56,459 bases of DNA, taken from NCBI GenBank assembly GCA_022510445.1, contig JAFLTN010000001.1:1-56459 (forward strand). Reading direction: 5' to 3'. Positions 48,062 to 56,459 of the stretch are shown one piece after another (position 1 is the first letter of the stretch; the number at the start of each line of letters is the position of its first letter). The translations under genes and the position numbers were made by a program. Below the pieces are notes generated by a model that was given only the letters and a program-made list of their open reading frames with translations, did no database searches and was not told the DNA's origin. Origin of the DNA: Muribaculaceae bacterium (GTDB taxonomy: Bacteria > Bacteroidota > Bacteroidia > Bacteroidales > Muribaculaceae).

Positions 48062-50419
48062 TTATTTGCCGCAGGTTATCCTGATATTTACACTGCCGTC
48101 GGGGGCAACATTTATGTCAAGTGTCGTGCCGGCCGGTAATTTCAAAGTCTTTTCATCTCCCTTATAATTCTTCAGGCTCTCCGGTGCGTTGCCTGATCCT
48201 CCTTCAACAGGATGCAATGCTTTGTTACCGTCATATCCTGCAACCGGTTCAACCTTTATCGGAGCTATCTTCATCGGCTTATGGGCCTGTTGCTGAACTG
48301 TCGGTTTCGGAGCCTCCGCCTTTGGTTCCTCTGTCTTGACTGCACCGGCCGCCGCAAATCTCAATATCGGCTGATCTGTGGCCATTACATCTCCATTGTT
48401 AAGAAGCAACGCTTCCACAACTCCATCCTTTTCTGCCACCAGATTGTTTTCCATCTTCATGGCTTCATACACGAGGATTGTGTCACCGACTTTCACGCTG
48501 TCGCCCGGTTTAACCTTAAATTCAAGAATTGTTCCGCCCATTGGCGCGAGCATAACTGTTCCTTCAGCCTTCGGAGCAGCCGGCTCTTCTGATGCAGCAG
48601 CTCCTTCAAATTCAATCAGTGGTTGGTCTGTAGCCATTACATCCCCTTCACCGATTAACACTCTCTTAACCTTGCCGCCAAGATCTGACGCCAGGTCGTT
48701 CTCCATCTTCATGGCTTCATAGATAAGAACGGTGTCGCCTGGTTTTACGGTGTCGCCTGGTTTTACTTTGATGCTCATAACTGTACCTCCCATGGGAGCC
48801 CTGAACACCGGACCGTTTCCTGCTGCTTCAGCTCCCGAGGTCTTTGTTTCCGGGGCCTGGGTATCCATTGCCTTGTGTGTGGCTTCATATTCAGCCTTCC
48901 GCTTGTTGGTAAGGTAGGTCTTCGCTACAGCCGGAAGAAGTTCAAGCAACAGATATTCCTCTTCGTTCTGGGCAAGTTTGACACCACCGAACTGGTCAAG
49001 AACCGGATTTTCCGGTTTCTTGTAAGTAGATACATCGAAAGGTTTCTCTTCCGGTTCTCCGGTGATCTTTCTGCGGAATTCCGAATCTATCTCTACCGGA
49101 GTTTTACCGTATTCTCCCTTCACAAGAGCTATGAACTGATTGCTCTTATTGGTATAATCCGGTTTACCGTTTCTACGGTCCATGGCAAGTGAAACGGCTT
49201 GAGAACCGACTATCTGGCTTGTGGGTGTCACCAGAGGAACCAGTCCTGCATCCCTTCTCACCTTGGGGATCAATGCCATCGCCTCTTCGATTACATCTTC
49301 AGCGTTCAAGGCTCTCAGATTAGCTACCATGTTGGAATACATTCCGCCCGGTACTTCTGCCTCCTTCACGATTTCATTCGGTTTCGGGAATCCGAAATAT
49401 GCATCGATCTTATGGCATGCGTCAAGAAGCTCTTCTTCCCTGTTGTCTTTCGCAGCTTCGATGGCCCTGTCGAATTCCATGTCGATCTCTTTAGGCATCG
49501 CTGCATAGGCTTCTTCGAAATCTCTTTGCCATTTTTCTTTGTTCAGGTCGAAATCTGAAAGTGCAAGACGTGCCTCTTTCAAAACTTCCCTGATTTTGGC
49601 CACTGCCTCCATGTTCACTTCAAGCTCAATACCCAGTTTCCGGCAGAATATATCCACGAGCTCTATGGCCGGTGCTGCGGAACCTCCTCCAAACCACCAG
49701 ATATTGGTGTCTACGATATCTACGCCCTGGATGATAGCAGTCAGCACTGAGGCTAGTCCGTAACCCGGGGTACAATGGGTATGGAAGTCTACCGGCACTT
49801 TAAGGGCAGCCTTCAGTTTCGGCATCAATGTGTAGATTCTTGACGGGTTCACAAGCCCTGCCATATCTTTCACCGTTACCATCTTAGCCCCTAATTTCTC
49901 CATTTCCACAGCTAAGTTCACGAAATATTCATCTGTGAAAATCTTTTCGTTTTCCGGAGTACCTTTAGGGTCGATAGTGTAGCATACCGCTGTGTCGGCG
50001 ATTCCACCGAATTCATTTATCATCTTGATCGACGACTTGATGTTTTCAATATCGTTAAGTGCGTCGAATATTCTCATCACGTTAAGCCCGTTCTTGATGG
50101 CCTCTTTGTAGAAACCTTCAAGCACACTCTCCGGATAGGGAACATATCCGAACAGATTTCTTCCTCTCGAAAGTGCTGAGAGTAAGGATATACCTTTCAT
50201 GGCCTTCGAACATTCCCTGAGCCGGTCCCAAGGGCTTTCTCCAAGATATCTCATCACGGAATCCGGCACTGCACCGCCCCACACTTCCATTATGTAGAAC
50301 TTCGCATCTTTGTAAAGAGGAAGTAACTTGTCGATATTGGCCTGCTTCATCCGCGTTGCAAACAATGACTGCTGACCGTCGCGAAGGGTCAGGTCTCTGA
50401 TCTTTAATTTTCTTGCCAT
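48062..50419 (-). CDS. Pyruvate carboxylase subunit B / oxaloacetate decarboxylase alpha-like carboxyltransferase with two biotinyl domains
   Basis: RDGQQSL.ATR, EVWGGA, RIFDALND, KDMAG, HTH, PGGMYSN, VTPTSQIVG motifs; two EAMKMEN biotin-attachment motifs. Confidence 0.92.
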   Translation of the reverse strand: MARKLKIRDLTLRDGQQSLFATRMKQANIDKLLPLYKDAKFYIMEVWGGAVPDSVMRYLGESPWDRLRECSKAMKGISLLSALSRGRNLFGYVPYPESVLEGFYKEAIKNGLNVMRIFDALNDIENIKSSIKMINEFGGIADTAVCYTIDPKGTPENEKIFTDEYFVNLAVEMEKLGAKMVTVKDMAGLVNPSRIYTLMPKLKAALKVPVDFHTHCTPGYGLASVLTAIIQGVDIVDTNIWWFGGGSAAPAIELVDIFCRKLGIELEVNMEAVAKIREVLKEARLALSDFDLNKEKWQRDFEEAYAAMPKEIDMEFDRAIEAAKDNREEELLDACHKIDAYFGFPKPNEIVKEAEVPGGMYSNMVANLRALNAEDVIEEAMALIPKVRRDAGLVPLVTPTSQIVGSQAVSLAMDRRNGKPDYTNKSNQFIALVKGEYGKTPVEIDSEFRRKITGEPEEKPFDVSTYKKPENPVLDQFGGVKLAQNEEEYLLLELLPAVAKTYLTNKRKAEYEATHKAMDTQAPETKTSGAEAAGNGPVFRAPMGGTVMSIKVKPGDTVKPGDTVLIYEAMKMENDLASDLGGKVKRVLIGEGDVMATDQPLIEFEGAAASEEPAAPKAEGTVMLAPMGGTILEFKVKPGDSVKVGDTILVYEAMKMENNLVAEKDGVVEALLLNNGDVMATDQPILRFAAAGAVKTEEPKAEAPKPTVQQQAHKPMKIAPIKVEPVAGYDGNKALHPVEGGSGNAPESLKNYKGDEKTLKLPAGTTLDINVAPDGSVNIRITCGK

Positions 50420-50547
50420 TTTTCTTTTGTATTAGTATTTATAGGTTTTTCATAATGTTGGGTTACTTTGGTTTTCCCATTATGCAACGTCCAAAATTAT
50501 ACAATAAATTTCAATTACGGAAATAATTCTTTAATTTTGATTTTGAA

Positions 50548-51138
50548 ATGTTACATCTATTTTTTTCATTCCTTTTGTCGCTCATTCCCTATTCCTCTTT
50601 CAACTCGGAAGAGGAGTATATCATTTATCTTCAGCAGACTCTTCAATCTCCTGGAATCGATGAGGTTACAAAAGTCCGTGCCGAATTCCTCCTCGAGGGT
50701 GCACTGAAAAACCGGCCGGGATCGCCGGCAGCCGATTTTTCTTTCACCGACCGCAATGGCAAAACCTCCTCTCTCTATCGTGAAATTGAAGCTCTCCCGG
50801 TTCCCTGTCTTCTCATTTTTTATGATCCGGATTGTAACCATTGCAATGAGGTTATCGAAGAAATTATTCAGAATGCTGAAATTGATTCTTTGGTTAGTAA
50901 TGACCTGCTGAAAATAATAGCTGTTTATTCCGGTGATGAGTTTAGCCTTTGGCAAAAATCTTCCCTGCGTCTGCCGGGCAAATGGTGTGTAGGCTATGAA
51001 GACGGCTCTCTTCAGGACGATGAAAGATACCTCATCATCGAGTCTCCGTCAATCTATCTCTTAAAACCGGATAAAACAGTCTGGATAAAAGAGATGAAAG
51101 ATATTAAGGAACTTAAGAAGTTATGGAAAGAATTCTGA
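50548..51138 (+). CDS. Thioredoxin-like (redoxin) domain protein
   Basis: KNRPGSPAADF; FYDPDCNHC CxxC; PSIYLL. Confidence 0.75.
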   Translation: MLHLFFSFLLSLIPYSSFNSEEEYIIYLQQTLQSPGIDEVTKVRAEFLLEGALKNRPGSPAADFSFTDRNGKTSSLYREIEALPVPCLLIFYDPDCNHCNEVIEEIIQNAEIDSLVSNDLLKIIAVYSGDEFSLWQKSSLRLPGKWCVGYEDGSLQDDERYLIIESPSIYLLKPDKTVWIKEMKDIKELKKLWKEF

Positions 51139-52028
51139 TCACAGGCAGCAGTGGTATGTTGGGCCGCTATCTGAAAGAACAGTTTGACAACGGCTTTGAT
51201 ATTTTTTCTTTAGGCCGTAATCCCGGAAATTCTTTCCGTTGCGACCTCTCTGCCCAAACTCCTGAATTCGGTGATAACCACTTCGACACTATAATTCATG
51301 CTGCCGGCACGGAAGACCCTCTTCTGGCGATGGCTCTCAACTATGAGGGAACAAGAAGGCTCACTGATGCTCTCCATAATAACCCTCCCTGCAACTTTGT
51401 ATATATAAGCAGCTATCGTGTATATAGCCGTGATGCCGGTGAAAATGTGGGGGAAGAGTCTAATCTCTGGGCTTCTGATGAAACAGGTCGTTCCAAGGCT
51501 CTTACGGAAAAACATCTCTCCGATTGGGCCGGGAAGTCCGGCGTTAATCTCACCATCATCCGTCCCGCAAGAATGTTCGGAAACGGAGTTTCCGGTGAAA
51601 CCCTCTCGCTGTTCAACGATGCGGTGAAAGGATATTATGTTCATATTCGTGATAACGATGCCCGGATCAGTATCGTCACAGCATTTGATGTGGCTCGTGG
51701 TATAAGGATCCTCTATCATAGAGGTGGCGTCTTTAATGCCGCAGACGGAACTAACCCGCGACTCATTGAACTGGTCGAAGCGATGACGGCTAACGCAGGT
51801 GCTAAAAAACGTATGACACATCTACCCGTCTCCTGGGCCGAATGGTGCTGGCGACTCGCTTTCTGGATCCCTTCCGTTCGAAGGAATCTTTCTCCTCAGG
51901 TGGTGGAGGCAAGAATGAAGACTCTAACTCTCGACGGCTCGAATTTCGAACGTGCTGCAGGCATCTCTTATTTCGATACCCTCAGCGTTATTGAAAGAAC
52001 CAATAAAGATTATCCTTATTCATCCTGA
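51123..52028 (+). CDS. NAD-dependent epimerase/dehydratase family (extended SDR fold)
   Basis: ILITGSSGMLG Rossmann motif; IIHAAG, FVYISS, IIRP motifs. Confidence 0.85.
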   Translation: MERILITGSSGMLGRYLKEQFDNGFDIFSLGRNPGNSFRCDLSAQTPEFGDNHFDTIIHAAGTEDPLLAMALNYEGTRRLTDALHNNPPCNFVYISSYRVYSRDAGENVGEESNLWASDETGRSKALTEKHLSDWAGKSGVNLTIIRPARMFGNGVSGETLSLFNDAVKGYYVHIRDNDARISIVTAFDVARGIRILYHRGGVFNAADGTNPRLIELVEAMTANAGAKKRMTHLPVSWAEWCWRLAFWIPSVRRNLSPQVVEARMKTLTLDGSNFERAAGISYFDTLSVIERTNKDYPYSS

Positions 52029-52044
52029 CAGGATTCGTTTTGTT

Positions 52045-52890
52045 ATGTCTGATAAAATCTCAGGTTTAATTTCAAAAACAGGAGCTTCGCTGGCCTCTCT
52101 CGTCAAAGTGGCGTTAATGTCTCGTGGCGCCTCCTCTTCAATCAGCGAAGGCAAGGGCAGGGAGCTCGTCATAATGGGCAACGGACCCTCTTTGAGAAAG
52201 ACTATTGATGAAAATTCCGGCTGGCTACTAAGCCACGACCTTATGGCTGTGAATTTTGCCGCGCTTACTCCTGATTTCATGAATCTTCGGCCACGTTATT
52301 ATATTCTTGCCGACGGCCATTTTTTCAATGGTATCACTAAAGATAACAATGTGAAAAAACTTTGGGAAACATTCCGTTGTGTTTCCTGGGACATGACTCT
52401 GCTAATTCCTGGAAAGTTCCGGCATCTTGCCGCTCCTCTGCTGATGGATTCACGCAATATCCGTCTTCGGCGCTTCAATCTTACTCCGGTGGAAGGATTC
52501 TCAACTTTGACTCATTTTCTCATTGATAACGGTCTCGGGATGCCACGGCCACGCAACGTTCTGATTCCGGCTATTATTGAAGGTATCAGGCTCGGTTATA
52601 AAAAAATCTATCTTTGCGGAGCCGACCATAGCTGGACCAAGACTCTTGACGTCGACAATGAAAATTTCGTAATAAGCATTCAGCCGCATTTTTATCAGGA
52701 CAGCGAAGAGGAACATAAAAGAGTACGTGAAACTTATAAAGGCCTTCGGCTGCATGATGTGCTCGGAAGCATGACAATCGCCTTCCGCAGCTATTGGGAG
52801 ATTGCCGACTACGCATCAAAAAATCAAATCGAAATTATTAACGCCACCCCATCCTCCATGATCGATGCCTTCCCCCGCATCACCCTTTAA
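52045..52890 (+). CDS. Cst-I/Maf_flag10-like putative glycosyl (nonulosonate) transferase
   Basis: Start reassigned to ATG 52045. VIMGNGPSL, AVN, LGYKKIYLCGADHSW, HFY, IINATP.S.IDAFP motifs. Confidence 0.65.
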   Translation: MSDKISGLISKTGASLASLVKVALMSRGASSSISEGKGRELVIMGNGPSLRKTIDENSGWLLSHDLMAVNFAALTPDFMNLRPRYYILADGHFFNGITKDNNVKKLWETFRCVSWDMTLLIPGKFRHLAAPLLMDSRNIRLRRFNLTPVEGFSTLTHFLIDNGLGMPRPRNVLIPAIIEGIRLGYKKIYLCGADHSWTKTLDVDNENFVISIQPHFYQDSEEEHKRVRETYKGLRLHDVLGSMTIAFRSYWEIADYASKNQIEIINATPSSMIDAFPRITL

Positions 52891-52914
52891 AGGACTTATA
52901 CCATTCTCTCCCTT

Positions 52915-54321
52915 TCACTCCGCATACGCCCCAAGTGCCGGAGCTCCGTTTGCCAACCTGGCCACTCCGTCCATATCTATCTCGCACTCCGAAGTCACAT
53001 AAGATGCGTTGCCTCTTCCAATTGCAGGAGATTCCGGCTGTAGCCGGTAATTGAAATAATAGTCACTCCTGATGGTATAATATAGCGGGTCTTCGTTCCA
53101 CAAGCAGTTTATAAAGTTATCGTCGTCAGATCCTTCTGCCTTCAGCAACACGTCCCTGAAAAACACGTCGCTCCCGGTCAGGTCTCCCGGCTCAAGAGGA
53201 TCGCCTATCTCTCCCCAAATAATGCAGTTCTCAAAAGATGCGCTCATCAGCGGTTCCTCATTTTCGTCTGCATCTTCCGGAAGACAATGCGTCAGCATCA
53301 GGTTGGGTTGGTAGAGCGACGAAAAAAGATAAGCGTTCGCTATTGTGCATTGCACGAATTTATGTTTCCCTCCCGTCAGACTCACAACAGCACCAGCAGC
53401 CTCTGAGAAGCAACACCCGAAAGCATCAACATGTGAATATTCCGATCTCAGCGCATTACCTTGAGAATTATGAAGCCAGCTGTTCACAAGCGTTAGTTTA
53501 TTTGCCGAGATATCTCCGCATGAATCTATCTTTAGTCCGAAAACAGTCGACCGCATGTCTACATATTCCAATCGGTTGCCGAATGATTCCCGTGCTATCT
53601 CAACCCCGCCCCATTGGCCGGCAAGTATGTCATAGCCCACATCGGGCAAAACATCGTCAAGACGGTCTCCCCTCATCCATATCATCTTCTCCGGAGTCCC
53701 TTCTGCCAAAAGTCGTCCCCTCACCGTCATTTTTGCCTTGTCATGGAAAAGCATCATCACTCCAGGATCAACGCTTAGTGTCGCTCCCCTTTCCACTGCC
53801 AGCGAGTCGAATATTATATATGGGCGCTCGGAAGTCAGCCGTGTGTCTTCAGTGACCGTGATACCTTTAAGACGGTTCACATTCCATGCCCATGCCTCAA
53901 CTTCCACTGTCTGGCTTACTCCGTTAGTCTCAAACCGAAGTCTGTCTGACACCTTCCGAAGCTCATTGCTGTCGTCGGAATTTATGTAACATTCTATGAA
54001 AAGATAGATAGAATCTCTCCCCCTTATCTCAACGTCATGGAAGTCGTAACCGCTTACACCGTCTACATTCAATCGGAACGGCGTCTCCGGATCCTCAAAT
54101 CCTATTTTACTTATATTCACCCCCCTGGAATTGGGGTTTTTCACCACAAGCCTGGCTGTCGGTGTGTTCAGGTCCGTGAAAACAGCACCGAAATTCACAG
54201 TGTCACGTGAAAAGGTCAGCGTTGACGACGGGTCTGTGGTAAAGTCGTCGCTGATGCATGACCATCCCCCGAGGCTAAAAAGTGCCGTCAATATAAATAA
54301 TATATCTCTTGTCGCGTTCAT
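52915..54321 (-). CDS. Lipoprotein with Ig-like N-terminus and right-handed beta-helix region
   Basis: Lipobox-like GWSC; LTFSRDTVNFG.VFT; GDRLD...GQWGG; C-terminal Y.L...SPAI..G...D.DG..R....LGAY. Confidence 0.75.
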   Translation of the reverse strand: MNATRDILFILTALFSLGGWSCISDDFTTDPSSTLTFSRDTVNFGAVFTDLNTPTARLVVKNPNSRGVNISKIGFEDPETPFRLNVDGVSGYDFHDVEIRGRDSIYLFIECYINSDDSNELRKVSDRLRFETNGVSQTVEVEAWAWNVNRLKGITVTEDTRLTSERPYIIFDSLAVERGATLSVDPGVMMLFHDKAKMTVRGRLLAEGTPEKMIWMRGDRLDDVLPDVGYDILAGQWGGVEIARESFGNRLEYVDMRSTVFGLKIDSCGDISANKLTLVNSWLHNSQGNALRSEYSHVDAFGCCFSEAAGAVVSLTGGKHKFVQCTIANAYLFSSLYQPNLMLTHCLPEDADENEEPLMSASFENCIIWGEIGDPLEPGDLTGSDVFFRDVLLKAEGSDDDNFINCLWNEDPLYYTIRSDYYFNYRLQPESPAIGRGNASYVTSECEIDMDGVARLANGAPALGAYAE

Positions 54322-54404
54322 ATATAAATAAGGTTACGGTCTTAACCTTTCATAGAGCCGTTCCGTATTGATAAAAACGTACCTTTACGCTCCATTATTG
54401 CAGA

Positions 54405-55541
54405 ATGAAATATATGCTTGTGGCCGGAGAGGCATCCGGCGACCTCCATGCCTCAAACCTGATGGCTTCTCTTAAGAGACTTGATCCTCTCGCCGATTTC
54501 CGGTTCCTCGGAGGAGACCTAATGGCTAAAGTTGCCGGCAAAAAACCGGAAATTCATTACGACCGTCTAAACGTAATGGGGTTCTCTGAGGTTTTGAGGA
54601 ACCTTCCTGAAATCCTTGGAAATCTGCGTAAGGCAAAAAATATTATTAAGGAATATCGTCCCGATCTCCTCATACTCGTCGATTACCCAGGTTTTAATCT
54701 CAAGCTTGCTAAATTTGCCCGCAATATCGGTATCCGCGTAGATTATTTCATCTCTCCTAAGCTCTGGGCCTGGAAAGAATGGCGCGTTCAGGCCATTAAG
54801 AAATATGTCACTCGTCTTTATTCTATCCTCCCTTTTGAGGAAGCCTTCTATAAACGGCACGGTTATGAGGTCACCTATGTGGGGAATCCCTCAGTGCAGG
54901 AGATCGACCATGCTCTTGGCCATCTGCCTCCATTGAAACATTTCCTTGAACGTCAGGGAATCCCCGAAGACGGCAAACCGATTGTGGCTCTCCTTCCGGG
55001 TAGCCGCAAAAGTGAGATAAGAAATAATCTGCCTATTATGATTGAGGTGGCAAAAAAATTTCCGGATTATACTTTCGCTGTTGCCGCAGCCCCATCTGTC
55101 GGAGAGAAGTTCTATAGGGAGATAGCTGCAATGCCGGGGCTCCATCTGGTTTTCGGCGCTACTCCCGTTCTTCTGAAATATGCCCGAGCTGCTTTGGTGA
55201 CTTCGGGAACAGCTACTCTCGAAACAGCTTTGATCGGCACCCCGCAGGTTGTCCTTTACCGAGGTAACGGCAGCCGCATCACTTACAAGATTATGGAGAA
55301 AATCCTGAAGGTTAAATATGTGTCTTTACCTAATCTGATAGCTGCTAACGAAGTCGTGCCGGAGCTGTTGATGCATAATTGCAATCCAGAAAACATAACG
55401 CGTGAATTGTCACCACTCCTTCAGTCTTCTCCTAACAGGGACTGGCAGATTGCCGGCTATAAGAAAATCCGGAGAAAGCTCGGCAACAGCATCGCCGCCG
55501 ATTTCACCGCCGACCTCATCCACGACTCCCTAACCTCATAG
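54405..55541 (+). CDS. lpxB: Lipid-A-disaccharide synthase
   Basis: VAGEASGDLH, VMGFSEV, VDYPGFN, SPKLWAW, LLPGSRKSE, VTSGTATLE, SLPNLI motifs. Confidence 0.97.
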   Translation: MKYMLVAGEASGDLHASNLMASLKRLDPLADFRFLGGDLMAKVAGKKPEIHYDRLNVMGFSEVLRNLPEILGNLRKAKNIIKEYRPDLLILVDYPGFNLKLAKFARNIGIRVDYFISPKLWAWKEWRVQAIKKYVTRLYSILPFEEAFYKRHGYEVTYVGNPSVQEIDHALGHLPPLKHFLERQGIPEDGKPIVALLPGSRKSEIRNNLPIMIEVAKKFPDYTFAVAAAPSVGEKFYREIAAMPGLHLVFGATPVLLKYARAALVTSGTATLETALIGTPQVVLYRGNGSRITYKIMEKILKVKYVSLPNLIAANEVVPELLMHNCNPENITRELSPLLQSSPNRDWQIAGYKKIRRKLGNSIAADFTADLIHDSLTS

Positions 55542-55679
55542 TCTTATTCGGAACCACTATAGCGGACTGATTAATAATATTTTAACGTTCTCTAAATTTC
55601 CTTGTGCAAGGTAATGTACAAGGTAGTCTCATCTTTGGGTTTTAGAAGGACTTTTAGTCCCCCTTTCTATTCCTTTCTA

Positions 55680-55711
55680 CAAAATTAAATTTTATAGCCA
55701 ATATCATCAAA
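55680..55711 (-). promoter_or_regulatory. Orphan consensus sigma-A promoter pointing toward the lpxB 3' end
   Basis: Minus strand TTTG (55711-55708), 20 nt spacer, TAATTTTG (55687-55680). Confidence 0.45.
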
Positions 55712-55908
55712 TTTATAGTCGCTAAAATTTTTACTTCATTGATTTACCTATCCTTTGTTATCAATTAATTAAGCAATTGATAGGGACTAAACCGTTCACA
55801 AAACCGTTCATTCAGTCAGTATATATATAATAATATGAACTGCTGAACTGAAATTTTTTCCGTTGAGTTCTCTTGACGGGATATATATTTTTTTAATGGA
55901 CTTGAGTG

Positions 55909-56346
55909 TTACATTTTCTTGAAAAGAATTCTTGATTCTTCTCCAGTCTCAAGGTTGTAAAAATCATAATACATGTGTCCGTTGCTGAAATAAAATTCAC
56001 CTGAAAAATTCTCCACTTCCTTTGGATCATCTACTGAATGAGATGTGATGGTTAAAATATCATCGTTGATTTTATAAGTACCGATTGCTGTTATCTCACC
56101 GCTGTCTTCATTCTCATAGCCACCATCTGACTTAAAAATCCAGAACTCATCGAGATCTCCCGGTCCCCATGTATTATCTTCATATTCCATTTGAGACTTT
56201 TGCCATTTTCCGATGATATTCTTTGGATTGGTATTAGGTTCATATTCATCGACATCATCTTTTTCGTCACATGAAGCCAACATAAGAGATAGCATGAGGA
56301 TCATAAGTCCACCTTTGAGATACATTAAAAAATTTTTCTTTTCCAT
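55909..56346 (-). CDS. Lipocalin-like lipoprotein
   Basis: Lipobox LASC followed by acidic stretch; IIGKW, FKSDG, GTYKI motifs; TAATTTTG -7 element at 56380-56373. Confidence 0.78.
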   Translation of the reverse strand: MEKKNFLMYLKGGLMILMLSLMLASCDEKDDVDEYEPNTNPKNIIGKWQKSQMEYEDNTWGPGDLDEFWIFKSDGGYENEDSGEITAIGTYKINDDILTITSHSVDDPKEVENFSGEFYFSNGHMYYDFYNLETGEESRILFKKM

Positions 56347-56459
56347 ATCAATTAAATTTAGTTTTAATGCGACAAAATTATTCAGGGAACCTGTCAGAAT
56401 ACGTCGTTTTCAGAAAAATTTCAAGAAAAATCACTTTTCTTTGAAAACGACTTAGATTG

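Noticed and set aside
53238-53855. 205-aa plus-strand ORF, and similar overlapping ORFs such as 8725-9417, 35995-36657 and 51210-51821
   Set aside because: All lie antisense or out of frame within well-supported genes and show no recognisable motifs.
1-56459. CRISPR arrays, tRNA/rRNA genes, IS elements, prophage or defence-system genes
   Set aside because: By eye I found no regularly spaced repeat-spacer array, cloverleaf or rRNA-like segment, or transposase, integrase or phage ORF. A tool-based scan (tRNAscan, Infernal, CRISPR finders) was not possible.

Overview
This is a gene-dense, mostly housekeeping and envelope-related window from a Bacteroidales chromosome. Gene content, TTTG-N19-21-TAnnTTTG promoters and a T9SS-like C-terminal tail fit that order; Muribaculaceae/Prevotellaceae-like is my inference. 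Left part, in order: a 5'-truncated BlaR1/M56-TonB protein, a secreted multi-Ig-like protein, an AmgK-RapZ(C)/MurU-like pair, pgk, an exbB-exbD-exbD-tonB-(small TM)-PstS-like-TPR cluster, beta-carbonic anhydrase, an Ig-like lipoprotein, secDF, an OmpA/MotB-like lipoprotein, a TlpA-like redoxin, an XRE regulator and a SAM methyltransferase. Middle: two TonB-dependent receptors, a nucleoside MFS transporter, an FMN-binding/4Fe-4S membrane protein, an M23 peptidase and orphan wza/wzz-like genes. Right part: a heavy-metal RND system, an HAE1 RND system with an acyloxyacyl-hydrolase-like gene, a carboxyltransferase with two biotinyl domains, an SDR plus Cst/Maf-like transferase, lpxB and a lipocalin-like lipoprotein. 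I saw no rRNA, tRNA, CRISPR array, transposase or integrase. The best signals missing from the ORF track are three. (1) A stand-alone transcription unit (inverted-repeat operator, consensus promoter, structured 3' end) encodes a 37-aa cationic amphipathic peptide at 26516-26629. (2) A 40-codon ORF at 2953-3075 appears to join the N- and C-termini of a deleted GH94 phosphorylase. (3) A repeat-rich segment after lpxB holds an orphan consensus promoter between 9-bp inverted repeats. No large novel system can be asserted from sequence alone; these are candidates only.
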